Under the pieces are notes generated by a model. That model searched no databases. It worked only from the letters and a program-made list of their open reading frames with translations, and was not told where the DNA came from. A stretch of DNA of 64,000 nucleotides from Leucoraja ocellata (Eukaryota). A program made the translations under genes and the position numbers. The stretch covers positions 2,542,001 to 2,606,000 of the forward strand of contig JAWMAR010000289.1 in the NCBI GenBank assembly GCA_036785375.1, written 5' to 3'. This document shows positions 13,320 through 25,200 of this stretch, piece by piece (position 1 is the stretch's first letter; each line of letters opens with the position of its first letter).

Positions 13320-13655
13320 ATCTTACATTTTAAAAATGTTTGCATAACATGGCAAGGGGGATGTAGGGAGGGTGTTTTCCTTGGCTGAAGAATCTTCAAC
13401 CAGGTGTCATAATCTCAGAATAAGGGGTTGGTTGTTTAGGACTCAAAGGAGAGAAAGGTCATTGCTCAAAGGAATTCTTTAGAATTCTTAAGTCCAAGGG
13501 ATCAGGTGGCTTTGTGCTTATTCAGCACGGAGATCGATAGTTAACTGGATATTAAAGGAATCAAGAGATAGTGGTGAAAAATGGCCCTGATGTAGATCAT
13601 CCATGGAGCAGGTCTGAAGGGCTCAATGCCCAATCCCTGTTTCTAATCTCTACAT
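13320..13655 (+). mobile_element. degenerate CR1 3' end
   Basis: ACCAGGTGTCATAATCTCAGAATAAGGGG (TRxHNLRIRG) and CR1-like tail. Confidence 0.6.
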
Positions 13656-13669
13656 AGCACTACACACAG

Positions 13670-13975
13670 TCTCACAGCATCACAAAGTGCCTTACCTCTG
13701 AAGTAAAGTCACCACTTTGATGTAAGAAATGCGAGGCCAAATAGGTCAGAGCAAAATATAGCAGTAATATGATAATTACCAGATAACCTGCTTTCAGTGA
13801 TGGCCTTGTGATAAGCATTTTCCAGCCACTTTTTATAGTTGCCTGCCTAACTTTAAAAATGGTGTCATGGGATATTCTGTGTCTTAGAAGAGGATAAAAC
13901 ATGTCTCAGGTCAGTGTCTTATCAGAATGAAGGCATCTCAGACAATGTAGCATACTTTTAGTGCTGAATTGTGGG
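13670..13975 (-). mobile_element. DeuSINE, old partial
   Basis: TGATAATTACCAGATAACCTGCTTTCAGTGATG and GTGTCATGGGATATT match the reverse of the Deu-domain. Confidence 0.55.
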
Positions 13976-15096
13976 CATAATTCCCCCTGTGGACAAAAGT
14001 ACTGAAAACAGCAACTGCTGATTTCTTTCATTGATATTCCCTGAAAAGGAGGACTACGTCACTGGACCCGTTAGACTGGATTATGCTGGTTAATGGTTTG
14101 TACTAAAGGAGACAAATATGTTTATTACCAACATCAGATGACAACAATAATTTTGAGTCCATTTCAGCCAAAGAAGATATTGAGAATGAAGTTGCCATCT
14201 CCATACACTTTCTGGCTCTTTTCACCCATTGAGAGAAGGCTGGGGCCAATCTGATTGGTGCCTATATGATCATAAGATGGCATGGAAGGAAAAATGTAAC
14301 AAGGAGCCATGGATATAAAATGGCCACTGATATATTCAGGAGGCATTTCTTCCTGAAGAGAATGATGTAAATAGAGTGAATGACATATATACATTTAGAT
14401 GAGTACGTGAGGGAGAAAGGAATAGAATGAGCTGAATACATTTGATGAACTAATTGACGGTTGGAGGTGAAGTGTAAATGCTGGTGTGGACCAATTGCTG
14501 CAAATGACCCTGTCTCTTAGATACAAATTTAACAGTTATAAATGACTACTTAACATTTAATTTATTTGTCAATCCCATAATAAATTTTAGACAAATATCT
14601 GGTTAGTCTGTAACCTTAATTCACCAACAGATAGTATTTTGCATGTCCATCAACTTTCCCCTGCACTTCATATAAGACTGAAGGGAGCATCATTTGATTG
14701 GGCCACCAACCCTCTGTCTATGAAAATCAACGTTGAACCAATGCATCTACACTGACCTGAAGCAAGCCTAGTGCAAGGATTTGATTTAGATTGCATGGAT
14801 TCAGTAAGCGAGGTGTGTACAAATCAACCCATCAACCCAGACTGTTTACAGCAGAGAAGATGAGAATCATTCTGTTCACATTCAGATCACAGGTCTTGTT
14901 TTATTGTGCCAACAAAAGCTTTGCTCCTTTGCTAACACCTATACAGAATAAAGATTCAAAACACTGCATAAAATTAACAATCGGTGGAACAGCAACCAGA
15001 TCATACACCATACTGCCGTGCTAATTGTGTATCATTGAAAGTATAGTTTCTTAGAAAATATGCTCTCACACCCCTCATTACAGCACTTACACTTAC

Positions 15097-15372
15097 GGCA
15101 TAGTGGTGCAGTGGTAGAGTTGATGCCTCACAGGTCCACAGACCCGGGTTCGATCTAACTCTGGGTGCTGTCTTTGTGGAGTTTGTAGATGGGTTTTCTC
15201 TGAGTGCTCTGGTTTCTGCCCATATTCCGAAGACGTACAGGTGTGTAGGTTTAATTGGCTTCAGTAAAATTCTAAATTGTCCCAGGTGTGTAGGATAGTG
15301 CTACTGATTGATGGTTGGCGTGGACTCAGTGGGCCGAAGGGCCTGTTTTCACGCGGCATCTCTAAACTAAAC
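15097..15372 (+). mobile_element. HE1-like V-SINE
   Basis: A box TGGTGCAGTGG, B box GGTTCGATC, V-domain, tail GGGCCGAAGGGCCTGTTTTC...CTAAACTAAAC. Confidence 0.85.
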
Positions 15373-15502
15373 AGTCTGAAGAAGGGTTCGGCCCGAAACA
15401 TTACCCATTCCTTTGCTCCATAGATGCTGCTGCACCCGCTGAGTTTCTCCAGCATTTTTGTGTACCTTCGATTTTCCAGCATCTGCAGTTCCTTCTTGAA
15501 CA
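15372..15502 (+). mobile_element. solo PLE pLTR plus tail, with hammerhead-like core
   Basis: CTGAAGA(15376-15382)AGGGTTCGGCCCGAAAC; near-identical to the right arm at 23753-23884. Confidence 0.85.
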
Positions 15503-15944
15503 CCAATATTTGCCCTTTGTTTGCTCAGTAATGCAGTCCTCATGAGATTGCTGCAACCTGAGGTATTAGCTGACTATTCACTGGATATATTGACTATATT
15601 AAAACCCATTCACATGCACATCTACTCTCTACCTTATCACGAACAGTGATCAGCTGTGGAACTCTGGCTGATTGGTCTTCGCTGACTCAAATATATGCCG
15701 ACCAGCTGTGAGCTGAGATCAGTTAACTATGCACAGATGTGGAGCTAAATCCACAATCTTCTTGTCTCTACATCTTGGACCTCTCCAGCTCAATATAATA
15801 TCAATTGAGCCAAGAGTTCCTGATGACAGACTATGTGAACACACCCATGCAGGGGCACAGACTGGATGCCTATGGTCTGTCTTGAACTACCATTCTTTGG
15901 GATACAGTGATGGTGCAGAGGAAAAATAATTGGCGTAATACTCC

Positions 15945-17070
15945 ACAATGCACGTCGGCAGACAATGGGGGTAAAAACATGCCCAACGTCGCCCTCACCC
16001 TGATGGCCACCTTCATGTGTGGCTGCATCAGGCGGAGTGTAGAGCCAAGGCACATGGGCACCAAGTGTCACTACCTGCTAAGGTTCTCCCTGTCCCCGTG
16101 TTGTGAAGGATGGGCCTGGCGCAGATGCCACACAATGTGCCAGTCAGCTGGACATTGCCACACCATCTGTTGTTCATGGACCAACACTTTGACCACAAGT
16201 TCATCGGGCAGTGGTCAGCACGGAACGTCCTGCGGGCACTGCAGGGAAATGACTCCATGGATCCTGTGGCGTGGTTCCCAGAGCAGACTGCCCAGCTTGT
16301 CTGGGGAAATGCCTCATCGCCAGAACTCACCAACAAGCACCAAGACCTGGCTCGGCTGGCGGTGAGGGGAGCCCTCCCAGTCAGATCCTTCCTGCACCGT
16401 CGGAACCTCACTACCAGCGCACGCTGCCCTCAGGACGGCTGCTATGGCAAGGAGACGTGTGCAGAGTGTAGATTTGCAAAGAGAGTCTGGAGAGGTTTGC
16501 AAGGGTCCCTGTCACGGCTTATTCTGAACAGCTCCATCACAGAGGACTCACTGAGGATTTATGGACTGTTCCCAGGGACGCATTCAGAGACTGACATCGA
16601 GTGCTGCTGGTAGGTCATCAACTCGGTGAAAGACGCTCTTTGGTCTGCCCGAGCATTGTTGACCACCCAGTGGAGCGAGATGTCCGTCGAGGAATGTTGC
16701 CAACTGACCCGCTGCAGACTGCAGGACTACATGCTGAGGGACGTACTGAAGCTTGGTGCAGCCAACTCCAAGGCTCGGTGGGGGAGGACCACAGTCTAAG
16801 GCCCTTCCGCTGCTGGACATGGGGGGGCGGGGCGGGGTGTGGTGGAGATGCACCTCAAAATAAGCGAAGGGATTCCACGCCAGTGGGCCACATGAGTGGC
16901 AAGGGTGGGGGGGATAAATTTGTGAAATTTGAGCTTTGTATGTAAACAATATTGAATGTTTTGTATAGCCTCCGAAAATGTCGGATGAATTTTTTGCACG
17001 GTTCATGTATTGTATATATTTATTACCTGAATAAAGTCTATTTTGAAATTTAAAAAATATAAATAAATAC
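15945..17070 (+). mobile_element. 5'-truncated Tx1/L1-clade retrotransposon (frameshifted)
   Basis: DNGGKNMPNV, LVWGNASSPELTNKHQDL, GALPVRSFLHRR, CPQDGC..KET..ECRFAKRVW (zf-RVT-like knuckle); stop at ~16798; AATAAA and A-rich end. Confidence 0.8.
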
Positions 17071-17144
17071 TCTCGAGGTTTGGAATAGTAGTCCAGAGAC
17101 CTAATTTCAAATGCACTATGTTAGCTGTGGCATTTTAATTCAGC

Positions 17145-17328
17145 GGGGTGGCAGTGGCGCAATGGTAGAGTTGCTGCCTTTCAGCGTCAGAGATCCTGGT
17201 TAGATCATGACAATGGGTGCTGGCTGAATGGAGTATGTACGTTCTCCCTTTGACCGCGTGGGTTTTCTCTGTGTGCCCCGGTTTCCACCTACAGCCCAAA
17301 CACGTACCGGTTTGCAAGTTAATTTCTC
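17145..17328 (+). mobile_element. V-SINE 5' portion
   Basis: GTGGCGCAATGGTAGAGTTGCTGCC head and V-domain; tail missing. Confidence 0.8.
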
Positions 17329-18094
17329 TCGATTCGTCCTTTGCATCCAAAATGCACTCTGACACAGAGGTCGGGGTGCAATATAAATGGCGCTTGCCAG
17401 TGACAGCAGAATAAAGAAAATAATTAGCTGGAACATGACGATGTTGCCACAACTTCATCACTACCTGAAATAGAGGAAGAAGAAAGAAACCAATCCACTC
17501 ACAACCCCAGTCAGGTAGGGGTTGCAAGCTGCGTGTTAATGTCCAGTGAGGATAAACTCAGACTTTATGTTCTCCTTGATCCAATACTCGCCACACAGAT
17601 AACATATGGGTGACCTTCTGTAAATACATTACACCTGCCTGAAGGGACAATGCCAATAATTTAATTGGAAGTGAAAAATCAGGCTGCTTGTGCAATGGAT
17701 AATGGCGACTTTATGCTCGGGGGCAAGTTCAGAATCAGCCGAACCGTCTCCCAACACACATAGGTCTTGAGGCAAAGGAAAGCTCAAGTTTAACTCTCAC
17801 AATCAGGACATACATCAGATTAACTTGTCAGGTCCTTGCGAGCCTGTTGCTTCACAGCCCAGACCCCTGCTGCATGTTCCAGGCAAGTTTTGATTTGGAT
17901 TTGGTGACTTCATTCTGCTTTATTCGCACCACATTCCTGCTGCTAGGAATGCGATGGAAAAGTCGTACCAGTGCAACAAGGTCAGAGGTTTTGCATTTCA
18001 TACCTTGGATAACCTCTCGTAAGTGTCAATGTAGTGATGCTCAAAACCACAGGCACAGTGCCAGGTGATAAATTACTCCCAGAATCAGTTACAA

Positions 18095-18362
18095 ACTGTA
18101 GAAAGAGAAACAGAGTCAACACGTTGATGTCAACGACTCTTGTTAGTTCTGATGAAAAATCTTTAACCAAAGCATGCGTTGTCTGCGGAGGGCGCTCAGC
18201 ATCACCAAGGACTGCTCTCACCCCAACCATGGACTGTTTACCCTCCTACCATCCGGGAGGCGCTACAGGTCTCTCCGTTTCCGAACCAGCAGGTCGAGGA
18301 ACAGCTTCTTCCCGGCGGCTGTCACTCTACTGACCAACGTACCTCGGTGACTGCCAATCACC

Positions 18363-18395
<33 letters not shown>

Positions 18396-18635
18396 CGGAC
18401 ACTTATTATTATTTATTCAAATCATTTGCTATGTCGCTCTTCCAGGGAGATGCTAAATGCATTTCGTTGTCTCTGTACTGTACACTGACAATGACAATTA
18501 AAATTGAATCTGAATCTGAATCTGAATCTGAATTTAACCTGAAATTGTTTCTGAACTGTTTCTCTTTTCACAGATGCTGCCTGGTCTCTAGCATTTTCTG
18601 TTTTTATTTCAGATTTACAGCATCTGCACTTTTTT
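18095..18635. mobile_element. old PLE pLTR palindrome interrupted by a Rex1 insertion
   Basis: GAAAGAGAAACAGAG left arm; AGTTCTGATGAA core; after the insert CTGAAA...CTGTTTCTCTTTTCACAGATGCTGCC and tail CAGCATCTGCA. Confidence 0.65.
18169..18532 (+). mobile_element. Rex1-type LINE 3' fragment with (GAATCT)n tail, 7-bp TSD
   Basis: RCLRRALSITKDCSHPNHGLFTLLPSGRRYRSLR..RNSFFPAAV; TSD TTTAACC at 18162-18168 and 18533-18539. Confidence 0.85.
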
Positions 18636-20204
18636 TGTTTTTCAAGTACAAGCTGGGTGTCCAACACCCCTGACACTACTGCCAGTTAATCATACAACTA
18701 GACTGGCAAGTTATATTGTACATGAAGGATCTAATATGGTCAATAGGCCCAGCCATGTCTAACGGTGATGATAGATTAGGAAATAGCAACTCAATTCTTC
18801 CAACAAGTAGCTTCTGAGAATGCTCATTGGTTGGGAAATTATTATCAGTTGCTGGTTATACAACACAATATGATGACATCCACATCCACTCCCCCGCTCT
18901 AATAACCTTATTCTTCACATCAAATTAAAGAGATTTATATTTCACACTCATGGCTTCAAATTGTCTCATGCAGCATAATGTTTCAATGTTATCGAAAACC
19001 TGATGATGTCCTTTGTGGATTCAATCAGGTCTTTGTGAGATGCAGAGAAACCAGTGGGTGTGAGAATTGACATTAAATGGTGAGTATTGCAGTTCTGACA
19101 TCCTGCTGACATTTCTTTTCACCTCAAGAATGGTGTAAACTCTCACAAAGAAGCAGGAGATGCAAGGCCTGCTCTGGGACTAACAAACCCTCCTTCCCTG
19201 CTGCGGAGTCCAACACACTATTCTTCATGTGGGTAAGTCCTCCTTCAGGACTGCTCCTTGGTGTTCACTCCCTCCCTTGCCACACACATCCTCACGTGCC
19301 CTACTTCTGGCTCAATCATCCCTAGCCAACCCCCATGTATGAATCCCAAATATAGGAGGCAGATCACATCCAGCCGATAAACTGTATGCAGTGCAAATTG
19401 GACACAAAACATTCCAGCCTCAGCATGGTCACATACAAAGAGCTGCCCATAAAGAACTCAAAAATTGGCCTCATTAATTACAGGTCAGGTCAGAGTGACA
19501 TCAAGACATGAATTCAATTCCAGATCTATGTTTAGTTGTCTGATTTCAGCACACAGCAAGTTTTGTTATATTCCTGCTAGTTAAGGCAAATCTACCAGGG
19601 TGCCATCTGCTAATCACGATCCATGATATGGTAGAGTGCACATGCACACGTGTGTGCATCCATAAATACACATGCTTGAATGATAGAGTTAGCAGAGGAA
19701 AGGTTTCCATGTGACTCCCATTCAGTCACACATGCTGCTTTGGATGGGGTAGAGTTTCACTGCTTGTACATAACTACCATAGGTCTCCATTCTAAAATGT
19801 TATTCCAGGTGAGAACAAACTTCTCACTGTAGGTTTTTTAAACTAATTTTCTTTTGGCTTTGCCTGCAGTATGAACATGGAGAGGCCCTTCTGCCCACAA
19901 TGCTTGTGCTGTACGTAATGCCAAATTAAACTAACACCTTCTAAGTATGTTTCTGGAGACTCCAGTGGCTGCAAATCATCAAAATTCGAGTCCACTGCCC
20001 TCATTCACTGATGCAATTTCCATTTTACTTATCCTTGTGGGGGTCTCAAAATGGAACACTGGCCCCCATGAAAATGTCTCCAAAATCAATCTATAAAACA
20101 AAATCAGCCAAGCTGGCAGGGGAAGTAAAGATGAGGGAGAGTCATCATAATACAAAGAGCATTTTTTTTATTTCTTACTAGGTAACAATTAATCATTCAA
20201 ATTC

Positions 20205-20404
20205 NNNNNNNNNNNNNNNNNNNNNNNNNNNNNNNNNNNNNNNNNNNNNNNNNNNNNNNNNNNNNNNNNNNNNNNNNNNNNNNNNNNNNNNNNNNNNNNN
20301 NNNNNNNNNNNNNNNNNNNNNNNNNNNNNNNNNNNNNNNNNNNNNNNNNNNNNNNNNNNNNNNNNNNNNNNNNNNNNNNNNNNNNNNNNNNNNNNNNNNN
20401 NNNN
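20205..20404. other. assembly gap (200 N) with duplicated flanks
   Basis: 20027-20204 is repeated near-identically at 20405-20584. Confidence 0.95.
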
Positions 20405-20964
20405 ACTTATCCCTTGTGGGGGGTCTCAAAATGGAACACTGGCCCCCATGAAAATGTCTCCAAAATCAATCTATAAAACAAAATCAGCCAAGCTGGCAGG
20501 GGAACTAAAGATGAGGGAGAGTCATCATAATACAAAGAGCATTTTTTTTATTTCTTACTAGATAACAATTAATCATTCAAATTCCTATGTATGACAGTTT
20601 AACAACGTTAAAAACATATCAATGATTTTGTTAGAATTACCAGATCCAGAAACTTGATCCCAGCATTAAAAGATGCGCGAGGAGAATAACACGGAGAAAA
20701 TTATCCATACTTTATAAAGTTAATTTTCAGTGCCAAAGGGGCTTTTTGACAATAAATAACACTTATAATCTCATTCAAAGTGCAATTCCAATGAAACTCA
20801 GCCTTTTCTGATGAGTTTAGCTGAATGGCCTGCAGCTAGATGCCATCCCATGTTATTTCCAGCAGTGAGTCTCTGCAAAGATACCTCTGTAGCAGAGCAT
20901 TTGCAGAAGCAAGGAACCTAAGGCTAGCAAGTTCCTGATTTCTATCACCGCCCGTGTATGAGTG

Positions 20965-21061
20965 AGATAGACACAAAATGCTAGAGTAACTCAGCTGGCC
21001 AGACAGCATCCCTGGATAACATGGATATAAACGATGTTTTGGGTCAGAACCCTTCTTCAGA
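20965..21061 (-). mobile_element. PLE pLTR remnant
   Basis: GACACAAAATGCTAGAGTAACTCAGC...TTTTGGGTCAGAACCCTTCTTCAG. Confidence 0.75.
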
Positions 21062-21776
21062 GGGAGCTAGGAGTGTAAACACAGAGTCAAATGGGGCAGG
21101 AAGAAGAGGAAATAGGACCCGCAGATTAAAGACTTCCTTTGCTTTTTGGTTTTTCTTCTCTACTCATTCACTTGCTGATATTCTGCAGAAGAAAAGTGGC
21201 ACATTCCAAAAATACTTGGCTGTAAAGTTGGGGTGCGTCCTGAAACTCTGACAAACGCTCTATTAATGCAAATGATTCTTTCTTCTCGCCGATTATCACT
21301 CAGCGTTCCTTCTACAGCAGGAGAGCAGGAAGGGAAGAGAGAGCTGGTGGTTCAACCTGTAAAACACTTGGTCTCCTTTTATTGTTGGCCTCTGTGAAAA
21401 GAATCCTGTGCTGCCGGCTAACTATGAAACCAAAGCACAAAGAGAAATGTGTTGCATTTCATCAGGTGCTCAGGTTTTCCTCCAGATATCTTGCTGAATG
21501 TCCACACAGCATTGTTCACTGTCATTATTTTCTCAGGTATATTTCAATATGAAATAATTAATAGGCTCCGATGCCCCTCAGAGGGAACAAGATTAAAAGG
21601 ACATTTTACACTTTCAAGGAGTTTGCTTTGGCTCAGTAACTGACACTTCCACGAAGAGCACCTTCCCTGATAGCCACGCATCTCCTCAGTGTGGGAAGCT
21701 GTCAGGCTTATCGCCGTGCTGTTACATGAGGTTATGTGAAGGTCATCAGCAAGGGGAGAGTGCCAGAGGTTGGGTC

Positions 21777-21806
21777 GGGGGGGGGGGGGGGGGGGGGGGG
21801 GGGGGT
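21777..21806. repeat. poly-G homopolymer
   Basis: Run of ~30 G. Confidence 0.9.
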
Positions 21807-22338
21807 GTAGGGACGAGAGGTTGGCAGGGGGTGGGCAGATAAACACAGAGCATTCAACCACAACTGTAATCAGGCCCAGTCTGATGTGCTGACTCTTGCA
21901 CTTCCTGACACCCTGTGCCTAGTTCAGCTGGATAATTTCTAACCGTAAAGTTTGCAGGATAGATAATGTCATACAGGTACATTCCAGACACTTATCAGAG
22001 GCTGGTATTAGTTAAAGCCTGGAGGCTTAGGCCACATCAGTGACACATAAGTATTCTTTTAAGAGATAAAAGGATTTGAAACAAGGTCTTTATTACAAGA
22101 CATTGAATTGCTGTCTGTCTTCCTCTTTTACTAATATATTAAAGCTTCTTGTATTTTGTTTCCCGCCTCTAATTTCTCCTCTCCTCTCCTGGAGGCACGG
22201 GCCCATTACTGGGATGTGACTACACTGATGTCAGGCACTTGTCTGCCTCATCCATAGAACCACTTCTGCATGCCTCAGTCTAGACATCAGATGTCAATGG
22301 GACTAATTGTGGTGCCTTTGTTTTCACCCCCAACTAAC

Positions 22339-22740
22339 CAGCTGTGGCTCAGTTGCTCAAGCCCTCACTTCTGACTCAGGATGTTCTGGGTTCAAACCCC
22401 GCTCTGGACACTGATTTTTTAAAAGTTTCTGCAGCCCTGCTCGGTACAGTCCTGAGGGATTGATACACTGTTTTAGAGATGAACTGTTAAAGTGAGGCCC
22501 CATCCACCCCGCTCACCAAGGACGCTAAAGATCCTGAGAGACTGAATACAAAGAACTGGGGGAGGCTCTCATGTCCTGGCTTACACTTACCCCTCAGTGG
22601 ACAGCTCATTATTATTTGCTGGGAGCTTGCTGCGACTCCTACAATGACAATAGCTCAAGAAGAACAATCTGTAAACTGGCGCAGAATGCAAAAAATATTG
22701 GGAGAAAGTGTCTGGATATAAAAAAAAGCCCTTTATTTTT
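22339..22740 (+). mobile_element. DeuSINE (SacSINE1-like), near full-length, old
   Basis: CAGCTGTGGCTCAGTTG head, GGGTTCAAACCC B box, GTTAAAGTGAGGCCCC...GGACGCTAAAGATCC, TGGGAGCTTGCTG Deu-domain. Confidence 0.7.
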
Positions 22741-23334
22741 GTTCATTAATCACAGGTCTATGGAAGTTGGCATGGGGTAGGTAACTTTTCAATCTGGACC
22801 TTCAATGCCTAGAGGAATTGACTGTGCAGTAAGCAGTGCATTCAGCAGGTAGCAGTATGTCTTATTTTGGATGGGTGTCTCCTATGTCTAAATGTACTTC
22901 CTTATATACAAACAAAAATGATGTTTTTACTAATCTGTGCTCCCACAAGAGGTGGTAATGCAATACAATCCAAACACAAAATGCCAAATCCATAATTTTT
23001 TCTTTCTGAAGGAGTGTGACACGGATCTACCACCATGTCATGAGAACCATCAGCCAGCTGGAACCATGGAAATCAGGAAGAGACCCCAACAAGTTCTTCG
23101 AAATTTCTGGATCGTGTTCCCGTGACTTTGCATTGCTAAACTATTGTTACAGCAGATCATGAAGCACCAGTCTACTGCTCACTAGGGAAATTTAACTCAG
23201 TGAGTGCTGCAGTCTTTAATTTTACCACATCTTCTAATTTTATAAACATGTGTTGGGTTGATCTTAGCATTAGAGTCTTCTTATTAAAATAATGAAAATA
23301 TCAACAACTATTTCTGCTTCTCCCCTCTAGTACG

Positions 23335-23470
23335 CTCTCGAAGAAGGGTCCGGCTCAAAGTCTTGTCTGTCCATATTACTCCACAGATGCTGCCTGACTT
23401 GCTGAGTTCCTCCAGCGCATTGTTTTTTTATTTGTTCAAGATTCCAGCATCTGTGGCATTTTATGTCTCC
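23335..23470 (+). mobile_element. PLE pLTR remnant with tail
   Basis: GAAGAAGGGTCCGGCTC...CAGATGCTGCCTGACTTGCTGAGTTCCTCCAGC...GATTCCAGCATCTG. Confidence 0.7.
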
Positions 23471-23653
23471 AACTACTTCCATTTACTCAGCATCTTTAAG
23501 GGTAGCAAAATGCTTCAAAGCACTTTGTAGAAAGTAAAACAAAAAATAAGAAATTCATCTTGAACTGCGTATCATGTCAGCTTGGTCAAAGAAGTTTCTC
23601 TGAGGCAAGATCTTAAAGGAGCACCTTAAATAACAGGACTTAAAACTTTAGAA

Positions 23654-23884
23654 CAAGAAGGTACACAAAAATGCTGGAGAAAACTCAGCGGGTGCAGCAA
23701 CATCTACGGAGCGAAGGAAATAGGCAACGTTTCAGGACGAAACCCCATCATCGTCTGAAGAAGGGTTTTCGGCCCGAAACGTTTCCTGTTTCTTTCGCTC
23801 CATAGATGCTGCTGCACCCGCTGAGTTTCTCCAGCATTTTTGTGTACCTTCGATTTTCCAGCATCTGCAGTTCCTTCTTAAACA
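23654..23884. mobile_element. ORF-less PLE fold-back palindrome with TSD
   Basis: ~90-bp inverted arms; hammerhead-like core CTGAAGAAGGGTTTTCGGCCCGAAACGTT; flanking direct repeat ACTTTAGAA at 23645-23653 and 23884-23892. Confidence 0.85.
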
Positions 23885-24428
23885 CTTTAGAAGAAGATGT
23901 GGTTTAGAATAAAACCTTGCACCAAACGTGAGGTAAAATTGAATATAAAAAGCCAAGACCTATCGAACACTTAATTTGTTCAATTTCCATATGTTGGAAC
24001 ATACAAAAGCCACCCTATTCCCATCATAAGAAGGGCTCTGACATTCATTAACAAATGAAACAGGAGGCCAGATCCTGCAACCTCTGAGTGTAAGCCACTA
24101 CAAGGGGGATTTGTGTCACAATATTATTAGCATGACATATTGAGAAGAAAGGGCATTGCACACCTTCCAAAAGGATGTTTGTGTCGTTCTGGGCACCCCA
24201 TCACTGGAAAGATGTGGAGGCTTTGAAGATGATGCAGAAGAAGTTTACCAGCTGTTGGCTGGATTATAAGGTATTAGTTATAAGGAGAGGTTGGATAAAC
24301 TTGATTTGCTGCAATTTATGATAACCATCTCTGCTATCTAAGACACCACCCCACTTTGCTGTCAGCTGCCAACTTACTAATCATGCCTTCTACAATCTCT
24401 TCCAAATCATTGACATGAACCACAAATA

Positions 24429-24521
24429 GCATCGGGTCCACACACCACTAGCCACCGGTCCCCAAACAAAAAAAACGCATCGGGTCCACACCACTAGCCA
24501 CCGGTCCCCAAACAAAAAAAC
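24429..24521. repeat. ~47-bp tandem duplication
   Basis: GCATCGGGTCCACAC(AC)CACTAGCCACCGGTCCCCAAACAAAAAAA(A)C twice. Confidence 0.9.
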
Positions 24522-25095
24522 AATCTTCCACCATCACCCTCTGCTTCCTTCCATGAAGCCAATTCTCTAGTCCGTTGGCTAGCTATCTGTGGATCTCATG
24601 CGATCAAACCTTCCAAAGCAGCTTACCTTAATGTGTTAATGTGGAACCTTAACAAATGCCTTGCTGGCATCCACATAGACAAAATGTGTAGGAAAGAACT
24701 GCAGATGCAGGTTTAAATCGAAGGTAGACACAAAATACTGGAATAACTCAGCGGGTCAGGCAGCATCTCTGGAGAGAAGGAATGGGTGACGTTTAGGGTC
24801 CTCACCTTCCACCCCATCAGCTGTCATATACAGCATATAATCCAACATTTTTGCCACCTCCAACGGGATCCCACTACTGGCCACATCTTCCCATCTCCAC
24901 CCCTTTCTGCTTTACGCAGAGACCGTTCCCTCCGAAACTCCCTGGTCAACTCGTCCCTTCCCACCCAAACCACCCCCTCCCCAGGTACTTTCCCCTGCAA
25001 CTGCAGGAGATGCAACGCCTGTCCCTTTACCTCCCCCCTCAACTCCATCCAAGGACCCAAACAGTCTTTCCAGGTGAGGCAGAGATTCACTTGTA

Positions 25096-25200
25096 GAGTG
25101 AACCTCTGCCTCACTTTAGAAACAACAAACTGGCTGCTCAACACCCAGCTTGAGATCTAACTATTCCTTTGGTTTATGTTTGATTCGCACGAAGAAGAAG
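25096..25200 (+). mobile_element. very short LINE 3' end (RTE/RTEX-like) with (GAA)n tail
   Basis: ETTNWLLNTQLEI*, short UTR ending CGAAGAAGAAG; TSD ACTTGTA at 25089-25095 and 25201-25207. Confidence 0.55.

Noticed and set aside
15097-15160. tRNA-like A/B boxes
   Set aside because: SINE heads followed by V-domain and LINE tail, not tRNA genes
20027-20584. ~180-bp direct repeat flanking the 200-N gap (LTR-like)
   Set aside because: The copies abut the gap exactly and differ only by homopolymer length and two substitutions; this is an unmerged contig overlap
24429-24521. Repeat with possible CRISPR-like or array structure
   Set aside because: Only two adjacent copies, no spacers, inside a CR1 in a vertebrate genome
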